64,000 bases of DNA, from contig NC_043018.1 in the NCBI RefSeq assembly GCF_006345805.1, forward strand, positions 17,484,001 through 17,548,000. The letters are read 5' to 3'. The notes under the pieces are model-generated. The model had not been told where the DNA came from, did not search any database, and saw only the letters and a list, made by a program, of their open reading frames with translations. Both the position numbers and the translations under genes were made by a program. The DNA is from Octopus sinensis (lineage: Eukaryota). Shown one piece after another: positions 25,628 to 39,775 of the stretch. Every line of letters begins with the position of its first letter. The stretch's first letter is position 1.

Positions 25628-26753
25628 TATGTATGTATGTATGAATGCATGTGTGTATTTTTGTAAGCATTTATGTATGTATGTAAAAATCTATTTATCT
25701 TTTGATAGATATTTACATACATAGATAAATACATACAAACATACACATATGCATTCATACATACGCACATATATGTGTACGCGCGTGTGCGTGCCTGTGT
25801 TTGGATGTGTGTGTGTGTTTGTGTAAATGCATGCATCCATCTTTGTATGGATACGAAAATAGCTTTTCCTGAGTAAGGAAGCATACATATTTAGCAATAA
25901 TGTATAGCTTATAATTATATTATAAATTATTGCGAAATAATTCTATACACATCGAAAGAATTTTAAAGTTTAACGTTAGTAATCGACAGAATCTTACAAA
26001 TGTGAAGATAAGAAGACAAATGCGAATATATGAAGATTCATGCAGCTCCAATACTTAAGAGCAACACTCTGTGAAATAATAAGCACTCCAGGGTGAAATG
26101 AGAAATAAATATACGACCAGGTTCTAATTAACAAACGGCAAAACCACAGATTTTCATGTTAATAGCTTACGAAGCAATTGGAAAATATTAAATAATGAGT
26201 ATTTGCTAAGAAATATATAAGCAACTGCGCAGTTATATCAAACTGTGTATATACACAAATATACACAAAACATGTTTATATGAGCACGACACAAACTAAA
26301 ACAATCGCAAATCCGTGCTTTTCATATATGATGTACGTGTCACTTTTTCTTCGTATGTGTATATACTAATCTACCTATATGTTTGTGTGAGCATGTGTGT
26401 ACAATAAAACATATATCAGATAATAAGCAAACTCTGCTGAATAGAGCAGTAATTACTACAACAAAAATTATGAATATAGTGATACCCCAGGTATCCCCGA
26501 TTTCTGGTTAGTCCTTTCCGGTCTATAAGGATTGGTTTATCCGCTGGTTCAGTGGGGGGGGGCTCATCATCATTAACGATTTTATATGTTAAGTCTTCAA
26601 ACTAGATTTCTGAGCGTTTCTTCACATCCACGACGTATAAAGTATAATTTTTTTGTCTTTATGTGAATTCTTTTGGCGAAGGAGATTATTATTCCTCGAT
26701 GTTCGAACCTCAGTTCAAGTCGGTCATTTGTTTCACATTGTTTTTTTTTTTTT

Positions 26754-27143
26754 TGGCAGAAACGCTAGCACGCCGGGCGAAATGCTTTGTGGTATTTCGT
26801 CCGTCGCTACGTTCTGAGTTCAAATTCCGCCGAGGTCGACTTTGCCTTTCATCCTTGCGGGGTCTATTAAATAAATACCATTTACTCACTGGGGGTCAAT
26901 ATAATCCACTTAATCCGTTTGTCTGTCCTTGTTTGTCTCCTCTGCGTGTAGCCCCTTGTGGGCAGTAAAGAAATAGGTATTTCATCTGTCTTTGTGTTCT
27001 GAGCTCATATTCCGCCTAGGTCCTCTTTGCCATTCATCCTTTCAGAGTCGATAAATTAAGTACCAGTTTAGTACTGGGGTCAACCTAATCGACTGGCCCA
27101 CTCCACAAAAATTTCTGGCTTCGTGCCTAGAGTAGGAAAGAAT
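26754..27143 (+). mobile_element. SINE family A long form (two modules plus terminal tail)
   Basis: Same architecture as 14637-15021. Confidence 0.85.
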
Positions 27144-27680
27144 GTATTTTTCACAAGTTACTCAGATATTGATATTAATTCACATGCGACAAAATGAATT
27201 CTAAATTAAGAAAATACAATTTGGATTAAAATCATTACAACTGTTCGATTTCGTGTCGGTGTGGAAACGTGGAATTCGAAGAACATTAGTGCTCTGGAAG
27301 TATTATGCTCGTTTGCTTTTCTAATATTTGGCTTTATGAACACTAGTTATTATACTATTTGGCGATGTAATCAGCAGTCATGGAATGTATGAAGAGATTA
27401 ATTAATGCTTACAAATTGTAGCCATAAAAAAAATCTCTTTAAGTAATCTTGAAATATACAGATGTTAAAATCAACTTTATTTTGTTGTTCAAACATGTTG
27501 AGAAAGAAAACGATCAATTACAGACATATTAAAACAATTTTCAAATATCTTAATGAGTGTTTGATTGTCTCTGTAACAATATGCCATTATCAACCTAAAA
27601 TGAGATAATTTTGAAGGACGCTGCTAAATATTACAAAGTAGCTATAAAACGTAGCTACTTCAGTTTTAAAATTACGTAGA

Positions 27681-27937
27681 CTCTTTTCTCTTTTCTCTTT
27701 TCTCTTTTACTTCTTTCAGTCATTTGACTGTTGCCACGCTGGAGCACTGCCCTTAGTCGAGCAAATAAAGCCCAGGACTTATTCTTTTGTAAGCCTCGTA
27801 CCTACTCTATCGGTTTCTTGTGCCGAACCGCTAAGTTACGGGGAGGTAAACACACCAGCACCGGTTGTCAACCGATGGCTAGGTACAAACACGGACATAC
27901 AAATACACACACGTACATGCACGCACGCACGCACACG

Positions 27938-27968
<31 letters not shown>

Positions 27969-28143
27969 GTGTGTGTGTGTAGGACGGACTTCTTTCAGTT
28001 TCCGTCTACCAAATCCACTCACAAGGCTTTGGTCGGCGCGAGGCTATAGTAGACACTTGCCCAAGTTGCCACGCATTGGGACCGAACCCCCGGAACCATG
28101 TGGTTCGCAAGCAAGCTACTTACCACACAGTCACTCCTACGCC
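27681..28143 (-). mobile_element. SINE family B copy
   Basis: Full reverse-complement copy, moderately diverged. Confidence 0.85.
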
Positions 28144-28156
28144 TATGTAATATTGT

Positions 28157-28295
28157 ACAACTCATTTTTGCCAGCTGGGTGCACTGGAGCAGCGTGAAAT
28201 AAAGTGTCTTGCTCAAGAACACAACGCGTCGCTGGGAATTGAACTCATAGCCTTACAATCGTGTGTCGAATGCCCTAACCACTAAACCACGTGCA
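28157..28295 (-). mobile_element. SINE family C 5' part
   Basis: CTGGAGCAGCGTGAAATAAAGTGTCTTGCTCAAGAACACAAC matches 60036-60374 on the reverse strand. Confidence 0.75.
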
Positions 28296-28536
28296 TTCAC
28301 ACAAAATTGTTTTCATTACATTTCTTGATATTAAATGGTAATCCTCTAACTATATGGAGGTTTTTCTTCGCCTTAGGAGAGAAAGCCATATTGGCGCTAA
28401 GAGACTGTTTGAAACGGTAATTCTTTCGGGATAGGGGAGATAACCAAACGTTTTGTTGAATGCTCCCTCCTATCCCAACCCTCAATATTCACTCCTATGA
28501 AAGTGTCCCGAGCACAAACGTAAGGACTTGTTGAAA

Positions 28537-28765
28537 GGCGGCGAGCTGGTAGAACCGTTAGCACGCCGGGCGAAATGCGTAGCCGTATTTCGTCTGCCGT
28601 TACGTTCTGAGTTCAAATTCCGCTGAGGTCGACTTTGCCTTTCATCCTTTCGGGGTCGATAAATTAAGTACCATTTACGCACTGGGGTTGATGTAATCGA
28701 CTTAATCCATTTGTCTGTTCTTGTTTGTCCCCTCTATGTTTAGCCCCTTGTGGGTAGTAAAGAAA
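28537..28765 (+). mobile_element. SINE family A copy with a 17-bp flanking direct repeat
   Basis: ACAAAC(G/A)TAAGGACTTG at 28514-28530 and 28765-28781. Confidence 0.9.
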
Positions 28766-30265
28766 CAAACATAAGGACTTGAGATTTGCAATTTGAATCC
28801 GGTATTGATATTTCGTTTCTTTTTGTTGTCGTTCTTCTCATTCTGTCACAAAAAATTGGGCAGGTTCTCCGCAAAGAATATAATAATGGATGCGTGCAGA
28901 AATGTCAGAGCGCTAACCTATTTTAGGAGGCCTTACATCGAAGTAAAAGAGTTGAAATATATAATAGTTGCAGAAATAGAGTCTACAAAGAGCTGTGCCA
29001 GCGTCTCTCATTTTGCAAAACACTTTCAAACTAATATTAAATGTTTTTTTTTTTTTAATGGAGTAGAATAATACGACGGGAAATTCAACAGCCGAAAATT
29101 GAATCCCTTCGTCAGTAAAGTGGCGCAAAAGAAACAAGTAATTGAAGCGCAGAAACTGCTTGAATCAATTTTTTTTGTCTCATCAGTACAATCGATAATA
29201 CTTCTGCGAACAGAAAGGAAGCAAACCGTTTGATGATCAAACCTAACATAGCGTCAGAAGTTTGAGGAAGAGACGATGGATCAACATATATGTTGAGATC
29301 CAAGCAAAGAGGCAATTCTAACGAGGTTTTGTTATAAACCAGATGATGGACAGAATCGGAGATGAGCGTGTAAAGAGACAAAAAGAAAAGTTGCACATCG
29401 CATAGAGACCATTAGCAACCATTTGGAAAAACAGATCAAAAACATCATCCTTGAAGACAGAGACAATTTTTGTACGAACATGTTTTTCATTAATGAACAA
29501 TATATTGCTGCAGGCGAATATTAAGTCCATTTGCCGTGGAGAGAAATGGAGACAATATACTAATAAATTGCAAGTATTGTGCACAAGAGAAAATAAATCA
29601 TACACAGACAGACAGACAGACACAATAATACAATAGCAGACGTGTGCGCGCATATATTATATATATATATATATATACACGCATACACCCACACATTCTG
29701 GTATCAAAAATGTTCCCGTACTATTGTTTGAAAAACACACTTATGTACCTAAGTTTTAACATTATTACAGTGTTTAACATTTCAACTCAGAGAGAGCTGT
29801 GAGTTGCTGTTTATATCAAGCAATATTTACTCCAATTAGGTTCTATTGGAAATGTTCTGCCCTTGAATCAAGAACTTCTTTAGCGAGGAAATATTAAATA
29901 AGTAGGAGATTAAAATATGTATTGTTTCGATAAAATAGCAACTGAAATATCTAACTATTACCTGTATAACTGTTAAATTTGTGAATCTTACATTTCTATC
30001 TGGTATACATGTTGCAATTTTTCAACATGTACTTTATTGCAAAAATTGACATGTCGTTCTCATGTAGAGAAAAGTATAAACATAATGTAATGTCTGCAAT
30101 TATTATTCGAAATGTAAAATTGACTTTAGACGGCAAAATGATAAAATGCTAAATACACTTTTTGCTGTTAACATCGTTTAAGAAAGAAAAACATTTGAAT
30201 ATTCTATTTTTCAGCATTTTATAATTTTTAAGCGGCGACATAATAGAAGCACAAATATTGGTTTC

Positions 30266-30460
30266 AAATTTTGGCACAAAACCAGAAATTTCGGGCCAGA
30301 AGATAAGTGGTTTACATGACACAGTGCTTAAAAGGTACTTGTTTTATCGACCCCAAAATAATGAAAGGTAAAATCGATATCAGCGGAACTTGAACTCATA
30401 TCATCAAGATTGAAAAGCGCTTGCAGCATTTTGACCGGCGCGTTAACGCGCCGGCCAGTA
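30266..30460 (-). mobile_element. Old SINE family A-related copy
   Basis: GGCACAAAACCAGAAATTTCGGG...GGTACTTGTTTTATCGACCCC...ATGAAAGGTAAAATCGAT...CGGAACTTGAACTCA. Confidence 0.6.
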
Positions 30461-30497
30461 CACTGTCTTCGGTACGGTGAGAAATAACGATACATAG

Positions 30498-31195
30498 CTA
30501 TTTCTTTACTATCCACAAGGGGCTAAACACAGAAGGGACAAACAAGGACAGGCAAACTGATTAAGTTGATTATATCGACCCCAGTACGTAACTGGTACTT
30601 ATTTAATCGACCCCGAAAGGATGAAAGGCAAAGTCGAGCTCGGCGGAATTTGAAATCAGAAAGTAGCAGCATACGAAATACCTATTTCTTTACTACCCAC
30701 AGGGGCCTAAACACAGAAGGGACAAACAAGGACAGACAAAGTGATTAAGTCGATTATATCGACCCCAGTGCGTAACAGGTACTTATTTAATCCACCCCGA
30801 ACAGATGAAAGGCAACGTCGACCTCGGTGGAATTTGAACTCAGAACGTTAAACAACGAAACAAACCGGACAGGCTGAGATACTACGTAACTTACTTTACC
30901 ACCTTAAAGGCAACGTCGACCTCGGTGGAATTTGAACTCAGAACGTAACGGCAGGCGAAATATCTATTTCTTTACTACCCACAAGGGGCTAAACACAGAA
31001 GGGACAAAAAAGGACAGATAAACGAATTAAGTCGATTATATCGACCCCAGTGCGTAACTGGTGCTTATTTTATCGACCCCGAAAGGATGAAAGGCAAAGT
31101 CGACCTCGGTGGAATTTGAACTCAGAACGTAACGGAAGGCGAAATACTAATAAGCATTTCGCACGGCGTGCTAACGTTTCTGCCAGCACGCCGCC
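30498..31195 (-). mobile_element. SINE family A with one head and a tandem array of about 3.5 body modules
   Basis: CTATTTCTTTACTA(C/T)CCACA recurs at ~30498, ~30682 and ~30964; only one head, at ~31140-31195. Confidence 0.85.
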
Positions 31196-31452
31196 TTACG
31201 ATACATAGCCTCAAACTCACACGCACACACACACACACAATTGTAGACACATATTCGAAGACATACATTTCTTTTTGAGTGTAAGGGTATCTGATTACGT
31301 CTGAGATTCCATGTTTGTCTGAACGTATGTGTTTTTGTTTGTTTTGGCAAATATAAAACTGAATGTCTACAAGTACAAATAGCAATGTATAATTAAAACT
31401 TCCATGTACGTAGGAGGAGAGTCATAGTTAATGTTGTACATACATACATATG

Positions 31453-31484
<32 letters not shown>

Positions 31485-31512
31485 TGTATACATATATATA
31501 TGTATATATATT

Positions 31513-31566
<54 letters not shown>

Positions 31567-31669
31567 TTCGTTGTGAGTACTTGATAATTATAAGCACCTG
31601 TGTATACCGTTTGGTGGTGTAGGTGGTGGAGTAAATTGATCAAAATAAAAACATGATGCGAAGGACTCA

Positions 31670-31747
31670 GCGGTACATATGTTTCGGGCCTTTATTAGAC
31701 AGATTTATAACAATGCATAATGTATGTCTGTGGCCTTCTTCAGCCGC
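31670..31747 (-). ncRNA. Type-I hammerhead ribozyme, intact core, palindromic helix III
   Basis: Minus strand: GCGG-CUGAAGA-AGGCC-(41-nt extension containing AGACA/UGUCU)-GGCCC-GAA-ACAUAUGU-A-CCGC. Predicted cleavage after GUA, between 31674 and 31673. Confidence 0.75.
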
Positions 31748-32556
31748 GCACAACAGCTTCCACAAGGACATGTGTTACATCAAAAATTCTTGGTTGGGGA
31801 TGCAAATCCTCCCAATCGCGCACGACATAATGCGGCAGCAGCATAGAATTGAAGCGTCCATCTCTTTCTTCTCTCAATGTAGGATGAGGAAAAATGGATG
31901 TTGACGTAATGTAAATAAATAAATACATGTATATACGTGAAGATGGAGGGGCGAGAATTCAGGACGAGGGATAAAAAATGTAAAAAAAGTGTAAGTATAG
32001 AAAAATATAAAAATGTAGAGCATAAAAATATAAAGAGATATAAGGAGATGTAAAGGGGGTATAAGAATATAAAGAAATATAAAGAAATATAAATAAATGT
32101 AAAGGCATAAGGTTATAAAGTAAAAATAGAAATAGAAATAAAAATAAAAGTAAAAAAACATGATAAAAAGGTAACAAAATATAAAAAAATATAAAGATAA
32201 GGGATGTATAGAGGTTAAGGACCAAGCATGGTGGTCAGGAGATTGATAAAATTTAGTTGTAGAATTGTCAGTAAATCAACAGTTTCGTCTGGGGACCTAA
32301 TGCGTTGTAAATCATAATTGTTTATGGTATATTCATACCTATAACGATATTGTTCAGCTACTATTTTCATATTCTTATCATCTGCTCTGGCTTTTTTTCA
32401 TGAATATGATGAATCTTTATGACAAATCATTCTTTCTCTGTTTTGGGACCTCGCAGAATATTTGAATTTTTCTTTGTATTTAGCTTATTTTCCTCCTACG
32501 CTAGGTCACTGGTAATGGAAATTTCAAATATTTCTGAGTACCAGTTTGATCCTATT

Positions 32557-32637
<81 letters not shown>

Positions 32638-32642
<5 letters not shown>

Positions 32643-32836
32643 ACGGAGCTTCTACAGGAAGTACTGTTTCATTCAAATGAAATCATCAGGAAATCATCAG
32701 TGCTTCCTGATGATTTCATTTGAATGAAACAGTACTAGTCCTGTAGAAGCTCCTTCTATAAAATAAATAATTTTCTCTACCATGTATGAGTACCCTATTT
32801 ACTGTGGTTTAACCCCGACTCAAACCGGGACCCTAC
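32638..32836 (+). mobile_element. (TA)n-embedded Penelope-pLTR-like element with an inverted partial copy at its 5' side
   Basis: 32638-32692 is the reverse complement of about 32704-32760; the element continues to 32836; (TA)n on both sides. Confidence 0.7.
32702..32750 (+). ncRNA. Type-I hammerhead ribozyme, intact core, weak helix II
   Basis: GCUUC-CUGAUGA-U-UUC-auuu-GAA-U-GAA-ACAG-uacuaguc-CUGU-A-GAAGC. Helix I is 5 bp and helix III 4 bp; cleavage predicted after A32745. Confidence 0.65.
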
Positions 32837-32837
32837 A

Positions 32838-32893
<56 letters not shown>

Positions 32894-33074
32894 CTTAGGA
32901 ATTAACTCTGAAATTGGGACCAATACGGTAATAACGGAATTTTTTAGAATTTCTATCGGCTTGTTTGAGACGCATATTAATTGTGATAATTTATAATGGC
33001 TATTGACAATTCGTCTATTTTCGGCATATTTGACATAAGATTTTTTCTTTTGCCCTTATTTTATAAGTTATATA

Positions 33075-33112
<38 letters not shown>

Positions 33113-33287
33113 ATATGAAATATATATATATGCATATATACTATATATATACATATATATACACATATATATATTTATATATATATATATATATCCATAC
33201 ATATACAAAATTATATATATATATAAAGTATATATATATATATATATATATAATATAATATATGTATATATATACATGCATATACAA

Positions 33288-33333
<46 letters not shown>

Positions 33334-33337
33334 GTAT

Positions 33338-33540
33338 ACTCTTACTTCTCTTTACTCTTTTACTTGTTTCAGTCATTTGACTGCGGCTGTGCGGAGCACC
33401 GCCTTTAATCGAGCAACTCGACCCGGGACTTATTCTTTGTAAGCCCAGTACTTATTCTATCGGTTCCTTTTGCAGAACCGCTAAGTAACGGGGACATAAA
33501 CACACCAGCATCGGTTGTCAAGCAATGCTAGGGGGACCAA

Positions 33541-33574
<34 letters not shown>

Positions 33575-33757
33575 CATATATATATATATATACATATATA
33601 TATACGACGGACTTCTTTCATTTTCCATCTACCAAATCCACTCACAAGACTTTGGTCGGCCAGAGGCTATAGTAGAAGACACTTGCCAAGATGCCACGCA
33701 GTGGGACTGAACCCGGAACCATGTGGTTTGTAAACAAGCTACTTACCACACAGCCAC
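33338..33757 (-). mobile_element. SINE family B copy
   Basis: Reverse-complement copy. Confidence 0.9.
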
Positions 33758-33859
33758 TATTATATGTATATATAAATTAATAGAATGAGAGACAGTGAAT
33801 AAATTTCATAACATTTATCATACATACACACACGTTTATACGATATTTATGTAAGGAGT

Positions 33860-34192
33860 AAGGGCCCATTTCGGTCAGAAATAACCACGGGGTTGCACCT
33901 AGTAAGTTCCCTTCCGTGGCCCGAGTCGGAGCAATGTTGTTTATGGAAGACCAGCAGTGGCGATGCATACCAGCCTCACCTCCTCACCTTTACACCATTG
34001 TTATTCAAGGGAAAGGTGAATGTCGATACAACTTGGCACCAGTGACGTTGCAACTCATTTCTACAGCTGAGTCAAATGAAACAACGGGAAATGAAGTATC
34101 TTGCTCAAGACGATAACACACAGCGTGGTTGTGGAATAGAACTCTCTATCCTATGATTGTGAGCCCAACACTCGAACCCCTGAGCGATGCGA
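33860..34192 (-). mobile_element. Diverged SINE family C copy
   Basis: TTTATGGAAGACCAGCAGT...ATGCATACCAGCCTC...CAACTCATTTCTACAGCTGAGT match 60591-60921. Confidence 0.8.
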
Positions 34193-34239
34193 TCACACAC
34201 GCAAATTCACATACCATCAAACACAGACACACAGATATG

Positions 34240-34289
<50 letters not shown>

Positions 34290-35061
34290 TTCGAGACAAA
34301 ACCACTATTTTGCAAAACAAACAAGGAAAGACTTAATCAATACATTTTATATTTTTATTATTAATGTTTGTTTTATAGTGGTGGTATGTAAGTATGTATC
34401 TGGACTGGTATGTATGTATGTATATATATATAATATATATATATATTATGTGTTATGTGTGTGTGTGTGTGTGTCGGTATGTATCACTATTGTATTTGCT
34501 ACACATCGCTGAATTCGCATGCTAGCTTTCAGATGATCTCCCTGGCTAAGAGAGTAACATCTATATCATATATTTCCAATAATAGCTACAATAATGTAGT
34601 TGTGTGCAAATGTACCATGCGTATGTGTTTGATGTAGCATGTATCTGGATGGCTGTATAATCTAGAAAATATTTCACTAACACACACACCCACAAGTATA
34701 TCTGCCCTGTACCCTCGGTACACACACACACCTACAATTGGACGTACACACACTACATTCGTATCACACACATGTATACGTACTACAGGAATATGTGTGT
34801 ATAAAATATGATGGGTGTGTTGGAGGTATATGCATGTATGTACGGATGTCTGCGTGAGCTGTATATATGAATGAACGTATAGTTAATGAGATTCTTGTTT
34901 GGAAATTTTATAAAACCAGACATGAAATTAAAGAAACGTCTCTCGTGAATTGAGATGTTTATTCTGTCAATTTCAAATTAAGTTTGACTTTTGTTGAATA
35001 CAAACACACACACAAACACACACACGCAGACACAGTCACATACATATATATGAATATATAC

Positions 35062-35093
<32 letters not shown>

Positions 35094-35542
35094 TTATGTA
35101 TCTATATAAATGTATGTATGTACGTATCAATATTGATGCTGATAGGTATGTAAATGGATAAAGACAGACATGCATATATGCGCGTGGGTTTGTTTATATG
35201 TATGTATACACACACATATATACGTAGGCACAAATGCATGTATGTATATAAATATAATTATGTACACTTGTTTGAGTGAGTGTGTGGAGGTGTGTGGGGA
35301 GAAAACTCAATTCAATGTTACGAATCTTTCGATTTGGTGTGCAGTGCTTTATGGAATGCAAGTATGGATGGTTTACTTTATACAACTGATGATGATAATG
35401 ATCATATTGATGCTGATGAGGACGATGATGGCGACATCGATGAAGAGGACACCGATGATGGTGATTTTGCTGAGACGTAAACATTCATTCAGACATAGCA
35501 ATTAATAGATTAAAGATAGATAAAAGAGAAATAGACATAATG

Positions 35543-35687
<145 letters not shown>

Positions 35688-36513
35688 AGTTATATATAAT
35701 ATATATATATTATATATATTATGTATATATATATATATGAATATATGCGTTTGCACTTCTTCGCTCGGAAGGCAGAGGCCAACACAGACACATCAAAACA
35801 AATACGGAATGCATATATATAGGTATATATGCATGTGTCTGTTTATATGTTTGCACACATGTGTGTATGAATGAATGTATGTATGTGTGCGTATGATATT
35901 ATATATATATATATGGGTGTGTGTGTTTGTATGTATCTACGTATGTATGTGTGTATGCATCTGTGTATGTATGTATGTGTTTTTGTATGTATGTATATAG
36001 GTTTGTATGTATGTACATGTGTGTATATATATGTATGAGTGTATGTATGCAGGCTTTAACAATCTTCTCCTGACATATCGCTTTCTTCCTTTTGTCCCAA
36101 GAGAGCAAAATTGAGAAAAGTTATTAAAACTTGATGCCAGATCAGGCGAATCTAAAATTGCACTTTTGCAATTTACGTAACATCGCTGCTAGTGATTCTC
36201 TAGATGTAGATGTAGTATAAATCACAATTTGGTTGAGAATAATTTCAAATATATCACACATATTCTTCCTGTTTCTTTGAGATTTTCTCCATTTTTTTCT
36301 TTTTTTTTGGGGGGGGGTCTTTTTGTTGGTAGGCATTCAGTTTTGCATTTCGCAAAAATGTTAGATGCGTGACTTTATCAATTTTTCATCGCTTAATATA
36401 CATAAAATGCGATCAATGTAGGAAGGCTGTGCACGGTATTAGTGTCTCTCAGTTAATATCTGAGCAGTTGTGTCGATTTGTGTGTACTTGTGTGTGGTGT
36501 GTGTGTGTATGTG

Positions 36514-36571
<58 letters not shown>

Positions 36572-37222
36572 ATGATATATAGAAAAGTTTCAACATTCAG
36601 AAAACTTTGACAGTGTCTTCGAAGTTTCTGCTTTTACCTGACTGTGTTTTATTTGTGCACTTTTCCTTTTGACATTATACCAATTTATTTTCTTGCCTTT
36701 TCGACATCGTACGCCGAGTACTTATACCTGTGCAAGTAATAATTCGGTGGGATGTAGGAAGAACAGATACAGGTAGTTTTTCAATTTTGGAAATGTGTTT
36801 TCTAATGTCACTGAAACCTAAAGAATAACTTGATTCTCATATCAAACAAAATTATCACTCACACCTTAACTTTATTCCAACAGACACCATTTAAATATCT
36901 ACTTTTTTTCTCTTCCTCACTTTCCCACGTCCTCCACAAAAAAGTTGCTGTAATAAATAAACCACAACTAATTTCATTCACGTAGATCCAGTTGCTGTAA
37001 ATATAATTTAACAAGAATTGTGTAAAATCACCCAAAATGAAACACAGTTAAATTGAAGGTGAGAAAGTCGAAATTCAAGTCAATATTCAACTTCCCATGT
37101 GTGTGATCTTTCAGTTTAATGTTAAATCACAATTTACCTAACTTGATATAAAGAAAATAATCTATATGCATGTATATATATATATATATATATAATATGC
37201 ATACACATACATACATACATAC

Positions 37223-37273
<51 letters not shown>

Positions 37274-37375
37274 ATAGATATATAGACATACATATGTATA
37301 TAATGCATACAATATATATATATATATACTAATATATATATAGATATATATGCTTTTATATATATATATAAATGC

Positions 37376-37548
37376 TGGCTGTGTGGTATGTGGGTAAGTA
37401 GCTTGTTACCAACCACAGGGTTCCGGGTTCAGTCCCACTGCGTGGCATCTTGGGCAAGTGTCTTCTGCTATAGCCCCGGGGACCGACCAATGCCTTGTAA
37501 GTGGATTTGGTAGACGGAAACTGAAAGAAGCCTGTCGTATATATATAG

Positions 37549-37584
<36 letters not shown>

Positions 37585-37794
37585 GTGTGGGTGTCTGTGT
37601 TTGTCCCCCTAGTATTGCTTGACAACCAATGCTGGTATGTTTACGTCCCCGTCACTTAGCGGTTCGGCAAAAGAGACCGATAGAATAAGTACTGGGCTTA
37701 CAAAGAATAAGTCCCAAGGTCGATTTGCTCGATTAAAGGCGGTGCTCCAGCATGGCCGCAGTCAATGACTGAAACAGTAAAAGAGTAAAAGAGT
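37376..37794 (+). mobile_element. SINE family B copy (duplicated at 45349-45769)
   Basis: Family B sequence. Confidence 0.9.
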
Positions 37795-38251
37795 ATATAT
37801 ATATGTGTGTGTGTATATACATATATATGTGTATCACCATTGCATGCAAGGTGTGATCATGTATTAGATGTAAGTGACATTAGTGTGTAGTAAAGAAAGC
37901 ATCTTCATGGAAAATTTTTACCACTTTGTTATTATTTTTTAATAGCAATGATGGTGGATGAAAAACATTTATATTACACTGGTACTGTTGTTTCTGAATG
38001 TGGCTCCAATGTTAATAATGTGATATTCATCTCGTAAATGATCATATTATATATGTCCCGTACTCTATTTTTTGCTGTTTTTAAAAAAAAATGTCCAGTT
38101 CCTTTGCTTTGGGTCTATGGTTTTCGTTTTTCATTGTGTTCGACGTCCTTTTGGTGTCCTCTACTCATATATGCGTGTGTATAGTACATGTAGAGGTAGG
38201 TACGTACATATATGTTTATATATGCATAGTTTTATTTTATTTATTAATATT

Positions 38252-38291
<40 letters not shown>

Positions 38292-38298
38292 TATATAA

Positions 38299-38336
<38 letters not shown>

Positions 38337-39097
38337 ATTCGGATTTTGACGACTGTTGTTCTTTATGGAACTTACTTACATATACCAGAGAAAGAATACT
38401 AGAACCATTTATGGTTTTATAATAGCTTAATGTAGCTACTTGGCAAACTAATCGTGAAAAAGATCTCGTTTGAATTATCTAATCCTAGCAAGCAAGATAC
38501 GAAAAAATAATCCACAAAAGGATGAAATATACTTAAAATTCTATTTAAGCAGGCCCCGCTTTGTTATGTAATTTATATCGTGCAGATTCGCTACCAGCTA
38601 AATACAAATGTTATTACGTATATCATTTATGCTGTTTGCTCAAATGAACATAGAGAATAGATTGAATTATAAACAGTACTGAACTCAAATTATATTTCCT
38701 ATCCTGGCTTTATTTTCCTAATTTATCAATGGTGTACTAATATTTCATGTTTAGTCATGCAAAAACATAGCAAAAAGATGTAACAAAACAGGAATATATA
38801 TTTTCATAGGACTTTGAACTCTTTATTTTCAGCGATGACCGCACACTCTTCACTTTTCTCATCTTTTCCATCCTACTTGCTAATATTGACATCACGGAAG
38901 GTCATCTAGCCCTTGTGAGAAAATGTGTTTATTTACCGATATGGTCATAGGTATACGACAAGAAGGGAAACAGGGGAAGAGAGAAACAGAAGAAAAAAAA
39001 TTTAATGTTTTGCAATGAAATTTCAATGGGTTATTACATCAAATTGAAAACAAACATATATTTCTGTATATAACTTATATTTAAATCTATGTGTGTA

Positions 39098-39510
39098 GGC
39101 GTAGGAGTGGCTGTGTGGGAAGTAGCTTGCTTAAGGACCACATGGTTCTGGGTTCAGTCCCACTGCGTGACAGCTTGGGCAAGTGTCTTCTACTATAACC
39201 TCTGGCCGAACATGGTGGACGGAAACTGAAAGAAGCCCGTCGTATATATATTTATATATATATGTGTGTGTATATCTGTTTGTGTGTTTGCGTTTGTCCC
39301 CCCAACATCGCTTGGCAACTGATGCTGCTGTGTTTATGACACCGTAACTTAGCGGTTCGGCAAAAGGGATCGATAGAATAAGTGCTAGGCGTCCTGGGGT
39401 CGATTTGCTGACAGGAAGAGGTCCAGTCCTGGGGTCGATTTGCCTGACTAAAGGTGGTGCTCCAGCATGGCCACAGTCAAATGACTGAAACAAGTAAAAG
39501 GGAGAGAGTA
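39098..39510 (+). mobile_element. SINE family B copy with an internal deletion and a short internal duplication (duplicated at 47074-47486)
   Basis: GTCCTGGGGTCGATTTGC occurs twice (~39390 and ~39426). Confidence 0.85.
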
Positions 39511-39775
39511 TGTATATATATCTTATATCTTATATATTCTTAATGTTTCATGCGTTTCAAGAATTAGCCGACACAAGTATCTTTTAAGCCTGGTATTTAT
39601 TTCATCGGGTTGCTTTGCCGAAACCCTAAGATAGCGACGGTAAACAGAGATTCAAAGACACACATACACACACACACCCACACACACAAACACAGACACC
39701 ACATATATATATATATATTATATATATATATATATATATAACATGTGTGTATATATATTATATGTATATATATAT

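Noticed and set aside
28880-29600. Possible RTE-type LINE remnant (DGST...KEAILTR-like)
   Set aside because: Only a few residues across broken frames; needs BLASTX.
30498-31195. CRISPR-like repeat array
   Set aside because: Units are ~180-bp SINE modules without unique spacers; eukaryotic context and no cas genes.
35280-35480. Acidic ORF ending in DDDNDHIDADEDDDGD
   Set aside because: Decayed (GAT)n repeat; the frame is not preserved in the duplicate copy.
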